From: Ascidiella aspersa | Taxonomy: Eukaryota | Assembly: GCA_963924565.1 (NCBI GenBank) | Contig: OZ004614.1 | Span: 6,324,001 to 6,388,000 of the forward strand | Length of the DNA: 64,000 nt | Direction: 5' to 3' | Shown here: in pieces, positions 27,721-41,352 of the stretch | Numbering within the stretch: position 1 is the stretch's first letter | How the letters are laid out: each line of letters starts with the position of its first letter | The notes under the pieces: generated by a model | What the model was told of the DNA's origin: nothing | Database searches by the model: none | The model's input: the letters and a program-made list of their open reading frames with translations, nothing else | Position numbers and translations under genes: made by a program

Positions 27721-30700
27721 GCAGGTTAGCGTTTGGATGTTGTAATATATTATATTTATGATATAATAATAATGGTTAACCAACCCAAAAGCTAATCCGC
27801 ACACTAACCCAAATAATGTTCGTTGCGGTAAGATTGTAGACCCGCACCCGGATGTCCTGTGTAGTACTGCAACAACAAAATAACACAGATGCAATGTTTG
27901 GTCTACAAGCCGGATATTGCGAGGTTTTGAGGAGCACAACTCCTACAAAGGTAGGCGAATTCAAATAGTACGGAAGTTCGTTAATTTGTTCATTTAAAAT
28001 TCTAAAACGTTTGAGCTATTTTCATCCACGAACACCTAACCAGTTTTACAAGAACAACAAAATCCTCGCAACAAAACAACGTAAAACTAAAACTATTTTA
28101 AAGTTGCAGCTTGGGCTTGGGCTGTGTCTCTATATACTCATAAAGATCTTACGTCAAAATGTTGTCGTTGTCTATGTTTTCAGATTTAAAATTTACAGGG
28201 CCTCTGTGGAAAGTTGTGAAATGAAAATCTTTAGTTGTTTAGTCGGTTTTACGAAATAATTGAAAAATATAACGCTTATTGGCGCAACTCAATAAAACAA
28301 TAACGTTTATTACTAAATACTTTTTATTTTTCACAACTAAACAGCCTTAAAAACTGGAACACCAAAATGATGTCAGTCCAACGTCCAGCTAATGTAAATT
28401 ATCCTCCCGTTGCTTAATTTTTCAAAACGGTAACTATAGGCAAATATAAAATAATCGCGGTTCTCGCTAATATTGTTTGACGTTTTTGTATGTTTGAATT
28501 TTAAATTTCGAAATTTAAAGGCCCACGCAAACTATGAAACAAAAAATTCCCCAACTTATAGTCTTTAATTTATTTTATTGCCTTGCGCGAATAAATATGA
28601 CATACACATACACTCATGTCAACCAGAGAATACGGCCATATTCATATTACGCAAAAAGATGCAAAAATACATATTTGCCGCTTTCCTAGAGTGTATTAAT
28701 GTATTAGGTTTTTCTCTTTGTGGCTTCGGATCCGTAGACCAAAAGTTAAAAAAAATACAATTTATAATTTAACGACTTTACAACATGGCTATTGTAACGT
28801 AAGTAACGTCTCACCGACTAAATGTTTAAACAAGACTAACACCCATTTTCTGTGTAGGCCTACATCCTAACTTTTCATGATATAAATCTGTGGGGTCGTG
28901 ACCTCACAAATTTTTGCTTGGCCAAAATCGGTTTTAAAAGTGCCACTTTAGAGCAATGTGAGCATCTCTTTTTGAACCCAATACGTCACTTAAACTTTTG
29001 TAATTTAAATCCCAAAACGATCATTTTATACGCGCTTGACGCCAAAGCTTTGCCGCTTTAGTTTCGAATATAATTAGACTTTTTGCAGTATAAAATTTGG
29101 GGCCTGTATCAATTCTGATAAAATGTTTGAAACGTTTTAACAATAAATGTATGAGCGGAGATTTATTACGTCCCGCAGATGAGTTTAGTTTAGGCCCACG
29201 ACTTGCAAAGGTTGCCCACCTCTGGGATAAGCCAATCGTGATATATATGTCTTGTACGCTATAACTGCAATTGTGTCGCACCTCAAGCAAAAGTTCTGGA
29301 TCTGCCTAAAATTCCTGAAGTCTGGCTCCATGATATGGATTTTGCTCTTTTATTTGTTAGGTTCTAAGGCAAGCCTATAGGCTATATCGATATATTATTA
29401 TATTCAGCGCGTTTAACTTCTTGACGTAAAAGCACACATCATTTTAAACATAATTTATTTTCACGACCCGTTTAACTCGTGTATAGTCGTTGTTACGTGT
29501 TTATCAACACGTTAAACACCCAAATTAATTAATTGTCATAAGCCAAATCTTAGAGTTCATTAAGTGATTTTACGATGTGATAAATAGGGTTTTAGATTAC
29601 GCGTTTCAGCTTTCGTTTGCCAAATATGTTCTTCAGTTACATAATATCATATTTGATGATGCAAAGTTTTCCGTATTGTTGTGTGTAAATTTCCTGTGTT
29701 TTCCTGCTTCAGTTCGCCTCGTTTCAAACTTGACATGTAACATTTAATCTCGTAATCTATAACTGTCAGTCTTGCGGCTGGTGTTCTCACGTTCTGCAAA
29801 ACAAGCCACTTGTTTGGCTGGCTTCTAACTCCCGCTGCAAATTGGCCTTAGAATGGCCGATGTAATGTCTAGCCATGATTTCGGAGTGCCGGCTAGTCTT
29901 ATTGGCCAAATATGACGTAACTTTCGTGTTCTTTTTCTTCCTAAGTATTGGCTATATACACGTCGTGGGGCTTTTCTCTAGAGAAGTCTTTTGCGAAGTT
30001 TTAGCCGACAGTCGCTGCAATAGGCGGTGGCTGCATGTCTGTCTCACATTAACTTGAAAATAACGTTCACTAATGCTATTTGATAACGTTTTAATTCGTT
30101 GTAACAATATACTTTTGATTGGAATTTTAGTAGTGGTTATGACAAGTAGGATATCTGACCAGAAACCTTTGCAAACAACAAGAACTCGCGCGGTTGCGTC
30201 CCGCCGGGCAACTTTATGGGGTCAGGGGTCAGGCCCCAGTGCACAGGTCGCGGCGGGGGCGCAACAGTCGTCATTAGAAGACCATTGCTTGAAGGCTTCT
30301 TGACATATTGTCAACAACCCACGGAAATCTAGGTACGTAAATGGGTAAAATAAATGCTGTAGAGTCGGAGCCGGCTTCGTTTATTTTTAATCGACCCGGC
30401 AGCCTGGAGTAAAGTTAGTTTACAAGTTTAGAAAATATTATTATTTCTGAGGGGCAATATAAGCTTTTTTTGTTTTTCGCAATGAGCAGTTTTTTAGTTG
30501 CTCATTGGCGTTTTTTTTTTTATCTTGGTATGGTTGATATTTTAATGGATGGAATGATTATATTTTGCTGCATATCAAATACTAAGATTAGTTCATTTTT
30601 AACTCCTAACCTAATTGATTTAAAGTAGCTATCAATCCTTCAGTCTTGACGATTATACTTTCCCTATAATTATTATAACCCGATTATAGCGTTTCCTATA

Positions 30701-31760
30701 GGCAATTTCCTTTGTGTTGCTCGAATACCAGTAGCAGAGAATACCATATGTAACGTGAACTAATAACGGCCTCTCCAACGAAAGTAATGTGCTAGATTGT
30801 CATCTCTGATTTAAACTAAATCCTGGCTGTGTTATATACGCTCGAGGGTAATTACAATCTATAGTTTGCTCTTTGCAAAATGTTGTGCGACCAACATGTT
30901 TTAAAGATCGTTGTAGGTTTAGGCCGTGTCGATTTTTTTTTTTTGGAAACCTACACTTTAGTCGTGAAATTGTGATACTTAAAAGTTGCGTAAATTTTTG
31001 ATGTTATTTGTAGGGCCATTAGTGTTTTTCAACGTTAACAAGTCATAAAACAAAGAAATTGTGAAAATATTAGATTTAGTTTGGGCAACGATGACAATTT
31101 TAAACGTTACATAATAAAGCAGTTTCAAGTATTTGTCAGCCTTTTATAATAAACGTTTTGGCAACTTTATAAAAAGATATGTATTGTATCTGCACTACGA
31201 TAAATTAATAAGGCAGATTATGTATACAGGCATTATAGCAACATTCGTATATACAAAGTAATAGAGTAGCATAGGAGCCGACATAAATTTTAACGTTTTT
31301 TAAGGCTGAAAATGCCACAATGCGAAAACTGCAAATCCACCTATTTAGGACATTATTTTATACATTCAAACGTGGTACCTATATGCGCCGCATTTGAAAT
31401 TTTACGCGGGCCACGTTTGTGTGTGCTGTGACTGCGCGTCAATGTAAAAAGGGCGGCTTGCCGTTTTCCACATGTTTGACACCACTGGTTTTAACTGACA
31501 TTTTCATTTTTATACAGACAAACTTCTCAAGGCTATAATAGGTATTAGGGTTTTATTTGTTGGCAGTCAATTGTCAATAGAGTTGAAAATCCTCAAATGC
31601 GACTTACGGTGTGTATAGACTAATGGTGCCGTATGTTTAACACCACTGTTTTGCGTTCTCGTTTAGATTAAAATCTGTACCCGCTGCTTATTGAGGGATT
31701 TAAGTTCAACAGGCTTTCTATGAAACGTCGTTGAACAGTTTATCTTTCTTAAAAGGAAAT

Positions 31761-33173
31761 ATGTGCGAGACAAAACTGTACCCTATACGTTGGTGCATTT
31801 TGGCAACATTAGTACTTCTGCAAATAATGACTGCCTTTACGTTTGCAACTGGACAAGTTAACAACGTCTATGTAGAATATTATGAGATTCATTATACGGC
31901 GGTGGATTGGATGATATCAGGGGTTTACCTTGGGTCAATCCTAATCACACCAATCCTCATATGGGGAACTGGAAAAGGCATCTTTAAATTCCGACGCTTG
32001 CTTATCATGTCTTCAGCGACGATTTCACTTTGCTTTCTGCTCAATGGAATTGCGTCGCTAAATCGTGATTGGTTTACACTGGCCGTATTAGGACAAGTTA
32101 TGATCGGTGTTGCAATAGTAATCCAGGATTCCTTGCAGGGAGTGTTTGCTGTACAGTGGTTTCCAGACAATCAAGTGGGAACAGCAATTGGCGTGACCGT
32201 AATGGGATTTCCTTTGGGAAATATCGTCGGTTCGTGTCTTTACAACAAACTTCTTGAAGCCGCTCCCCGAAATGCATCTTTTCATTTCCCTGAGAACCAA
32301 ACATTCGTCGAGGACTTTTGGGTTACAATCGACAAACGCTCCTTCATGGGCATATTCTTTACCTGCTTTGCTGTTGGGTTGTTGATATTTTTATTTGTTT
32401 GTTTCTTCGTGGATGACATTCCACCACTACCTCCTACAAAAGCTCAAGCAATTAAACGGGAAAAAGACAGGGATGAATCTGGAAACGATGGCAAATTGAA
32501 TGTGATCGAGCGCACGAAAACCCTTTTCCGCGACAAAGCCTATACATTAATGACCATTTTATACTCCCTTGTGCTCGGCATGTTTTCAGTTGAATTTGCG
32601 TTTCTCGGCGAGATCATGAGAAGTATGGGAAACGGGATTCCACAATATGTAACCGCAGACGCTTGGAGCGGGTTCTTGATTATCACATTCTCGGCTGGAA
32701 GCTTGATCGGAAGCTTTTCAGCGGCCAAGGTAATCGACAAAACCGACAAATATACATTGCTCATCAAATCTGCCAGCCTAGGAGCATTTTTTGCAAGCCT
32801 TGGCCTTGTTGTGGGTTACAGCTTGAAAATTCTTCCAATAATGTTCGCGAGCAACTTTGTGTTCGGTTTTTCAGCCCGAGTCTGCATTGTTAGCATTTTC
32901 GAGATGATCACTCAACAGACCTTTCCGATGGAAGAGACCTTCGTAGTGACTTGGATGATCGTAATCGAGGGTTTCACGGGAATGGCGATCGTAGAGTTCG
33001 GTCGACTTATGATGATCTGCTTAGGTTCATATGGCGTAATGGGGACTATAAGCTGCGGACTGCTGTTTGGCGTTGTAATCGCCTGGACCATGAAGCCACA
33101 CTACAAACGCTTGGCGGCCGAAATCGGCATCTTTCAGGGCGATTCTCACGAAGGGTCGAATCTGATTCAATAA
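31761..33173 (+). CDS. MFS transporter, FLVCR/SLC49-like (divergent), intronless CDS, 470 aa
   Basis: About 12 hydrophobic segments; family motifs LYPIRWCIL, VDW, WFPDNQVGTA..G..LG, PPLPPTKAQA, IDKT..Y, E..TFP.EE. First ATG at 31761 (the track's 31731 start is TTG). Confidence 0.88.
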   Translation: MCETKLYPIRWCILATLVLLQIMTAFTFATGQVNNVYVEYYEIHYTAVDWMISGVYLGSILITPILIWGTGKGIFKFRRLLIMSSATISLCFLLNGIASLNRDWFTLAVLGQVMIGVAIVIQDSLQGVFAVQWFPDNQVGTAIGVTVMGFPLGNIVGSCLYNKLLEAAPRNASFHFPENQTFVEDFWVTIDKRSFMGIFFTCFAVGLLIFLFVCFFVDDIPPLPPTKAQAIKREKDRDESGNDGKLNVIERTKTLFRDKAYTLMTILYSLVLGMFSVEFAFLGEIMRSMGNGIPQYVTADAWSGFLIITFSAGSLIGSFSAAKVIDKTDKYTLLIKSASLGAFFASLGLVVGYSLKILPIMFASNFVFGFSARVCIVSIFEMITQQTFPMEETFVVTWMIVIEGFTGMAIVEFGRLMMICLGSYGVMGTISCGLLFGVVIAWTMKPHYKRLAAEIGIFQGDSHEGSNLIQ

Positions 33174-33388
33174 ACCAGTCGCGAACATTGTTTAATCATT
33201 TTCTTAACTCGTGCCAAAACCGTAATGCGTTATAAATCCATATTATTATGCTTCCAACAACTCGTTAATAAGAATATAGTTGATTAGCTAAAACGCTGTT
33301 AAGTTACTTTTTTATCCACAATTTCTACACAAATATTGCATTTGAACTTTCTTAGTGGCTTGCTCAATTAACGGCCCACGATTTATAC

Positions 33389-33607
33389 CAGTGTTTCTCA
33401 ACTTCTATATATTTCTCCAAACGTTTTTTATGAAGAACCAATAATTTCAAATTTACATGACACACATCGTCGTATAGTTCGGCAATGCTTTCAGATTTTT
33501 AGAAATTTTGATCAGAACCAACCTTAACCAATCTTATCACACAAAACTATTGAAGTCGGCGATCCAACAAAATCAAACGGGCCCTCAAACTTTAGGTAGA
33601 AACACTG
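33389..33607. mobile_element. Charlie-like MITE downstream of the transporter
   Basis: cagtgtttctcaa...tagaaacactg; near-TSD atttatac/ttttatat. Confidence 0.6.
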
Positions 33608-35161
33608 TTTTATATAGTTTAGAATTTTTTGTCAAATTAATATATTTTTACCAAACTAATGAACTCAGATAATCTGGAAGTTTTGCAAAAACATAATTTA
33701 TTTACAAACCGGGATTACACTGTAGGTCATTTAAAACCATTTTACAAGCTACTTTTAAAAATGTACGCACGTAAAACCACAACGTATTATACAATGGTGC
33801 AAATGGAACAATTTAGCCACGTTCGCGAATGAATGGTGCTTTAAATTGTGTGCAAAAATTGTGCATAAAAAACAGCAGCAATATTTATTGTTTGATACAG
33901 GCAGTTGGCATAAAACTTTTCTTACAAACTTTTCTAAATTGGTATAATGAGCAGTTAAATCTATACTTCACCATTTTTATAACATCCAATACAAAAAGCG
34001 AAAACTGATAAGAAACACCCGAATACTTCAATTCTGTTTTAAACATCGCAATAAAGCTAATAATAATATAACATTGTGACCATGTTTAAATAAACACACA
34101 TCCAAGTTGCAAAAATTAAAAGCTTGGTGTAAAATATTGTGAATTTAGGAATGACTACAACCAAACATGTTTATGTGTTAAACGGACTTAATGAAAAAGC
34201 TAACAGCGGTAAATAAGTTGTATCAGACTTGAATAAGACTTTTCTGTTGTCCGTCGCCTGCAAAAAAATAAGCAAGGATAAGTAAGGAATGTTTAACAAC
34301 TTGTTTAACTTTCGAGCCAGTGCCTCTGTTTAAATAAAAAGTTAGTAAGAAAATGTTAGAACATTATCGCAAGCACTGGTTGATTTAAGACTATCCGAAG
34401 CTTAAACTAGCAGGGTCGGACCGACGGTTTTTGTAATATAGCTCTTGTGTTAGAATTAGAACCTTTTTAACCTGAAACGTTAACAAAATAGACGAATTGT
34501 TAAGGTTAGTCGTATATGACGCCACGCTTAAAATCTATGACGCTTCACCCATTCTGCCTAGGGCGAGAACGCGAACACCGAGAGAATACATAAGAAAAAA
34601 AGAAAAAAAAAGAAAAAATAATTTTTTTATTTTTTATCTTTTACGACGCTATACGGCCCAAAATAAAAAAGGTGTCTTATATACGTTTACAGTAACACAC
34701 TTAAGTGATAAATTTTGTTTGGTGCGCAAAAAATAACTGCACTGTTTAGATTTTTATGTGGCTCTGCTTATATCTTGCAGCAACATGTATATGCACTTTA
34801 TGATTTGGTAAAAAGTTCACCACAGTTAAAATCTACTTTTATTTAGTTTAATTTGAAAATTTAGAAAAAATAGAAAAAATGCTCCGAAAAAATAGAAAAA
34901 ATGCTCCGCAATCTTTCGTGAAACAAGTATAGTTGATGTTGTAGAAATTATCGCCCTAAGATGTAGTAGGCGCGAACGCCAAGCCGTTTTTGTGATGCAG
35001 ATACGAGATGCTTTTGGCTCGTGGATCCTAGATTATAGGTTGAGCAATGAGACTGGTTAGGTTTAGGGGGCATAAACATTTCAATTTATGACGTCACAAG
35101 TAAAACATTTTGTGGCATGGTGTCGTATTTGTATGTGACTCTTGGTCGCATGTCATTAAGT

Positions 35162-35490
35162 CAGATATTTTTAAACTGGGGTCCATGAATCCCTTGGTGG
35201 TCCGTAAACTAATTTTAGGTGGTCCATGAAGGCCCTATTAAAATATTAGTGTATGTTTAGAAAGTAATTAATTTTTAAAAAAAGTTTAATTAAAAATAAA
35301 ACGGTTTTGCACTGACTGTACTTAACCTCCATTTCACATATTTTGTTCAAAAATCAGCAGATTTATGAAGTCTATTTTTATTGTGACGTCAATTTATGTC
35401 GTCCTGTTTTGCAATTTTCTTGCCTACCGTGGTCCACGCGAAGCAAAAATAAATTTAGGGATCCGCGATGAAAAAGTTTAAGAACCCCTG
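35162..35490 (-). mobile_element. hAT MITE family A copy 3
   Basis: Reverse-complement homolog of 21388-21729; perfect TSD cattaagt. Confidence 0.88.
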
Positions 35491-36417
35491 CATTAAGTCA
35501 TTAAAATCCTGTTATGTAAAAATACACGGTTTCTGACAGCTTGAACATAGAAAAATGAAAATTGTAATAATCTTAACAATAAAAGGAGTAACAACTCATA
35601 CGGTGTAAACAGCGTAGTGCCCTTCGCCTTAAACACAGGGTCTTCGCTCTCCGTAGCTTTTTGTGATGACATTTCATCACATATCTCAAGCATCTCATCG
35701 TTGTAATAATTCGCTTCATGTCCTTTTGACTGGAGAATACAGCTGCAAATAATACGTTCAAATCTTGCGTTTCTTGAGTTTAAAAAAATAGCATATCACT
35801 TGTTCGCATTCAGGTGACAATCACGTGCACTAGTGAAGACAATATCACCATCCATTCTTTAGATAAAATACAACATATACTTGGTTTGCCAAATAGAAAC
35901 CTATCATTAAAGTGCTTGGGTGGTACGGTAGTCTATAACTTCAACTGGCAGGGCCGACGCTTATTGGTATACGCGAAATAAACTAACAGGTAAGTTTACA
36001 TTTCGAACGAAATGCAACTTTCCGCACAGGTCTGGTCCCTTTATCCATTGTCTTCTCAAAATAATCCTTTCAACAGAATGCACAAAATGCGGACAAGATG
36101 AAAGAAATCGAGATCTCAAAGCCGTTGAGGCAAACGATATATACATATTATAAAAGAGGAACTGAATGTTACACGTGCACTGCGAACTCTTTTAAATAGT
36201 GAACAACGAAATTGAACACTGCTTCTTAAGGTTGGTGGATTTACCCAAATTGTTTATTTTAGAAAATCACCAAATGGAAGGTTACATAAGGTAAACCTAT
36301 ACAATGTCCTTAGCGCTAAACGAAAAAAACAATTCTTTTATTGAATATGTTCCTTTAAAGTAAAAAAGAAGTATGAAGAGCATGGTTCGGCAATTTTTTG
36401 CTAGCTATCAGGCAAGT

Positions 36418-36618
36418 TTCAAGCAAAACCACAAAGGTTGTAAAAGAGATCCAAAAACAACTTTATTTATTTATTTGTTTTTGGATCTCTTTTACAACCT
36501 TTGTGGTTTTGCTTGAATCTTACGATATGGAGAAGAGATCAATAACTAGCAATGTTGGAGCAGGCTTAGATCCCAAAATTAACAAAAATAGTAATAATAT
36601 TATTATTATTTCATCAAT
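36418..36618. mobile_element. Penelope-like micro-insertion: perfect 43-bp hairpin plus tail
   Basis: Arms 36418-36460 and 36475-36517 are exact reverse complements; tail 36518-36618; perfect TSD tatcaggcaagt (36406-36417 / 36619-36630). Confidence 0.7.
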
Positions 36619-36761
36619 TATCAGGCAAGTATATCAAACAAAATACAACTTTCTGCAAGGGTGTGGACCCTTTATCTATTCGTGCATCCAAATTATTTAT
36701 ATCCACTGTCTTCTAATAATAAGTGTTTAAACTGAATGCATAGTATGCGAACAAGATAGAG

Positions 36762-37270
36762 CAACGGTGTTCAACCTGCGGCCGTCGATGAATAGTTATG
36801 CGGCCGTTAACACATATTTTAATAAGCATGTGTTGGCGGCGGTGTCCGTGCTGGCATGCGTTAATGGTTGATATACTAAATGTAAGTTAATTTTTTTACG
36901 ATTGATGCAAAACGTAATTAGTGAGGCGCGACTTACAAGCAATTCTTGGGGGAAAACTTCGTACCACCGCATGGAACTACATGCGCGCCGTTTTAATGAT
37001 CAGCTGCTCAGCTGCGTCACACGTCACACGGTAAACTCAATAAACGCATTTTTTGCGCTTTGCACGATTAGACTAGCCTAAATTTCAGTTCCATATTTTT
37101 GCAAGAAAACATTAGAGAACAACAAGTACTTGTTTAAGAATAATTGGTTTATGACATCACGTTATGACTTAACTTTCTGATGTCATTTCTAAAACAAATT
37201 TACTGGCGGCCGTGAGATCAAAAAAGACGGACAATGCGGCCGTCAACAGCTAAAAGGTTGGGCACCCCTG
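36762..37270. mobile_element. Charlie-like MITE (gcggccgt motifs)
   Basis: caacggtgttcaacct...aggttgggcacccctg with perfect TSD agatagag. Confidence 0.85.
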
Positions 37271-37461
37271 AGATAGAGCTTTGAAAAGCCGACAAAGTAA
37301 ACGATGACTATCACGAAAGAGGAACTTAATGTTACAAGTGCGCCCTGAATCCTTTTGAATGGGGAACAAAGAAATAGAACATGGCTCGAGGTAACCCTAT
37401 ACAATGCACCGGAGCATGGTTGGGCAGTTTTGTCCTAGAAATTTTGTCCTAGGGTCTAGAC

Positions 37462-38001
37462 CAGGGATGTCCAACCCGCGGTCCGCCTGATGTTTACGTG
37501 AGTCCCACCTGATATTCCCACTTTCAGTACCCTTTATTTAAAGCAATTGTTTCGACTATCATCAAAACGTGTAGAACGCGCAGTATTTGATTTAGGCCTA
37601 TTATAATCTCATATTTTTTGAGACTATTATCGAGTCCAATGTCTCATTTCAACAACCATGGAACACTTGTGCGCACATCATTGTTAAGCAAGATGTGTTT
37701 TTCTAATTATGCGTTTTTGCCGACTGTTTTAAGAAAATATATCAGGCCAAAGCTGTCGTACCATGGCATGATACGGCACGTAAACTCATTTTTTGCGTTT
37801 CGCGCGATTAAGCCTAGATTTATTGTTTATTTGCGCACAAGTTCACTTTTCAAAAGCGGGTGTTGGGTTAAGTTGTTTATGACGTAACGATATGACGTAA
37901 CTTATGACGTCACCCCTGTTTATTTAACAGGTTTTGCGGCCTCTAAGGATTGTTTTCAAGTGGCAATGTGGCCCATTATGCTAAAAGGTTGGTCATCCCT
38001 G
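37462..38001. mobile_element. Charlie-like MITE
   Basis: cagggatgtccaacc...ggttggtcatccctg; near-TSD gtctagac/atctaaac. Confidence 0.8.
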
Positions 38002-40993
38002 ATCTAAACGCAGGCCAAAATCAAACTCAGAATAGTCACTGCGTGCTGTTATAATTTTAGGTAACTATTATTTTGGTAACAGGTTTAGTTTATCAAAAGT
38101 CCATCATAACTATAACAACCGCTCATCAGATAATTAAAAATTGGTCTAACTATAACTAATTGAAGGCGATTGTCGAACAAAGCCTGAACGAAATTACGTT
38201 TGTTTGGTTCAAAATTGTAGTCCCTACGGCGCCATGATTACAATGAAAAGGTAAAATAAAAATACTTGGGAGAAAAAAAGAGTTAACTTTAATCTAGTTT
38301 ATCATGCAACTTAAATAGGACAATAAACTTTAAAAGCTCGTATCTAAAATACACCATAAATTTCTTATTTAAAGAACGATAAATCCGTACGAAACGCACT
38401 AAAATGTATTCAGCTTTAATAAGGCAAAATACACATGTAGTCCATTATTGATGGCGACATATTTCACTATTGATGGTTCTTGGGTGCTTGCCTTTCGCTT
38501 TTATGTTGAGAATCATTTTGATGCACGAATAGACTAAGAAAGAAGGGCGAAATTCGTTGGCATTCACGTAGTTGAATAGCCAAACATATATAAAAAAAGG
38601 TCTCGTCCCCTGTTGCAAAAAGAGTGTCGGGCCGAATATTTACAATTGGCAAGCCGGATCCGGCCAGAATGAAGCCGGTTGCTTTGTGACGCATTTTAGC
38701 GTAATACCTGTGGTCGGCTGTTTGCGCTTCACTCTTTGATGAACCAGTGTTTCACTTTTCGGGAAGCTCTTCGCTTCGCTTTGGTGCAATACTGCAATTT
38801 TTAAGGTATTTTGATTAATAGTTGTAGTACACTGTTCTATATAATGTTGTTAATAGTTCTGTCGGTTTAACAAATATCCTAATCCCTTTAAGTAGCGGTA
38901 GCTCGCAAACTCAGTCGTTACTGGTTGGATTTTTCATTATACCAGCAGAATGTATAATGCACGGAACATGTAATGTAAAGTTATCATTATTAGCTGCTGT
39001 AACATTATTACAATGCATCCAATGGCATGTAGCGCTCGCCAAAGGGACGCTGTAACCAATCTTTAAAAAAACATTTAATATGCTGTTAACATTTTTAATC
39101 CTTACCGTAGATTGTTGTAAACAACAGAACAGCTAACAGAAGATTCGACCCCATTGCTTCTACCGGATTGCTCTTTCCGCCTTTCTAAAGAAAACTTCTT
39201 GAAATGACATGTCATTGGCTTCGTGGCCTTTATACAGTAAGTGACAAAAACACATTTTGGGGAAGTATAAAGGGGTTCCCTGTGGGGATTTCTCTATGGT
39301 TCTTGGGACTTGGGGAATTCCCTGCAAGTAAAGAGAACATTCCACTTAGCGAGTGGCGCAATATTAAGGATATTTCTAATTGTGTTTGTAATAAATTTAA
39401 AAATTCGAATGGAAGGTTTAATGCGTTTCAATCTTTCCCAAAAAATATCTAAAAAAAATTTAGATCGAGCAAAAAAATCTCATTTGAGGACAAACAAACT
39501 ACGATTTTAAAAGCGATTTTAAAGCTTCTTATTTGTGCACCAGTTTGTTTGCAGATCGTACATTTGCTTCTTGGCAAGGCAAAAAATAGATAATTGTTAT
39601 TTCGGCTACGCCCTAGATCAATTTTGCTTGAATATTTATTAATAAAACACCCGTGCAATTTTTACAAAGTATTCCCTGTCCACAGGCTTATACAAATAAT
39701 GTATTCATATGCTACATAGAACGTCAATACTTTAACAATCAACCATTATTTACATTAAGCTGTGTCCTTGCGTCACAGACTTGCGAGCGAAAAAGGCCAA
39801 AAATACATTTTGAGTCGAACTATTGAGCAGCACCGCTTTCATACTAGGAAGTTCAATAATATCGGTTTGGACCTAATAAGCTTACTCTAAACCTAAGTCC
39901 TAAGTGCGATAATGTCAATGCTCGTACGACAATTTTCTTACAACATTTTATTAATTTACAGTCGCACGTATGTTGTGTTAACATAAAATTTTAAATTTGT
40001 CCGCTATGATTCTATAAACTCCGTTGTTTTATAATACCGGTAGTAATAAAGTCATTTGTTATAAGAGTTAACATACCTATCCATTACCTTTAGCAATACA
40101 GACACTGAAAAGTATTTGGAAATTATAGGGTTGTTTATACTGATGTAGAACGCATAATTTAACGCTGAACGTAATTGAGTTTCAGGTTTTTTTTTTGTTA
40201 ACGGATTTCTATGAGCTGCAGGCCTTTAATAGGTAGTCAACCGCCTGTTCAGCGAAACAATTGTTACCTTTTCTGCAAAACAATTGTTAAGGGCCTTACA
40301 AATATTTTGCAGAAGTGTTTTCCCACGCAGGCATTTGTTTTGGCTTCTTTGTGTGTAGCAACCGGTGGCCGCCCAGGGGCTTTTTTGCGCACAGCCCGTT
40401 TAGGAAGTGGTCAACTTGAGCTACATCATTATAAAAGAACCAAATTGTACCGAAAAACTGTAGCCCCTGAAGAGAAAAAGGGACGGCACCTTGATAATAG
40501 CCGCAAAGAAACTCCCAAATGTCATTAACTTTTGTCTTCGTATAATTTGTTCCGCAAAAGCACATTCCAGTCAACCTACGCGTTTCAGTCTACGCCAGTG
40601 GTTGCCAATCAGAGGAAAACTTACAGGTACTAAACCAAAATAGAGCCAATCAGTCCTGTTTTTAAAAGTGTCGTCAACTTGTTTACGTTTTGCTGACTGC
40701 CACTGTAACCAAAACTCAGAGTTTGCGATTACTTTTTGAACCGTAGTCTTTATTATGATTAACGATGGATCCCATTTTAAAGCGATGCATCAGTAACATA
40801 GTTACATAACAGACTTTTACCTTTAGTAAGGATCAATTGTAATTGAGGGTAAAAACTAAAGCATTATAAAAAAATACAAATTAAACTGATTTATTGTAGC
40901 ATTGGGTCGCGATAGAGTATTAAGAAAACTCTCGGTTGAAAAGTAGTGTCTAATAGTAGAATTAATTCGTAAATTTAAATGAATACCGGTACC

Positions 40994-41352
40994 CAGTGGC
41001 GTAGCATGCCGAAAATTTTGTTTGGGGGGGGCTCAAAAAGTTTTAACTGCCGTAACGAACACAAGTAAAAATGTTGGCAAACCGTTTCGAGCAGCAACTG
41101 ACTGGGTGTTAACGAAATACTCAAAAACCATTCAAAGAGCAAAAACTGTCTAAAAGCAGTAAAACTACATTAATGTATAGCAAATGCAATACTAACTACA
41201 TCGTTTGTGACGTAACAGTGCATAACAATCGAAGGTGTGGCATGCCTGTGATCGACTGTTGTGGTACTGCTCACAACTGCTAAAAAACAAATTATTAAGA
41301 GTAAAATATTTTGGGGGGGCTTGGCCCCTCAGCCCCCCTGGCTATGCCTATG
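40994..41352 (+). mobile_element. hAT-type MITE (CAGTGGCGTAGC terminus)
   Basis: cagtggcgtagc...ggctatgcctatg; near-TSD ccggtacc/ccagtacc; homolog at 4517-4903. Confidence 0.82.

Noticed and set aside
29595-29640. Minus-strand CUGAAGA...GAAACGCGUA
   Set aside because: No stem II or stem I; could be chance.
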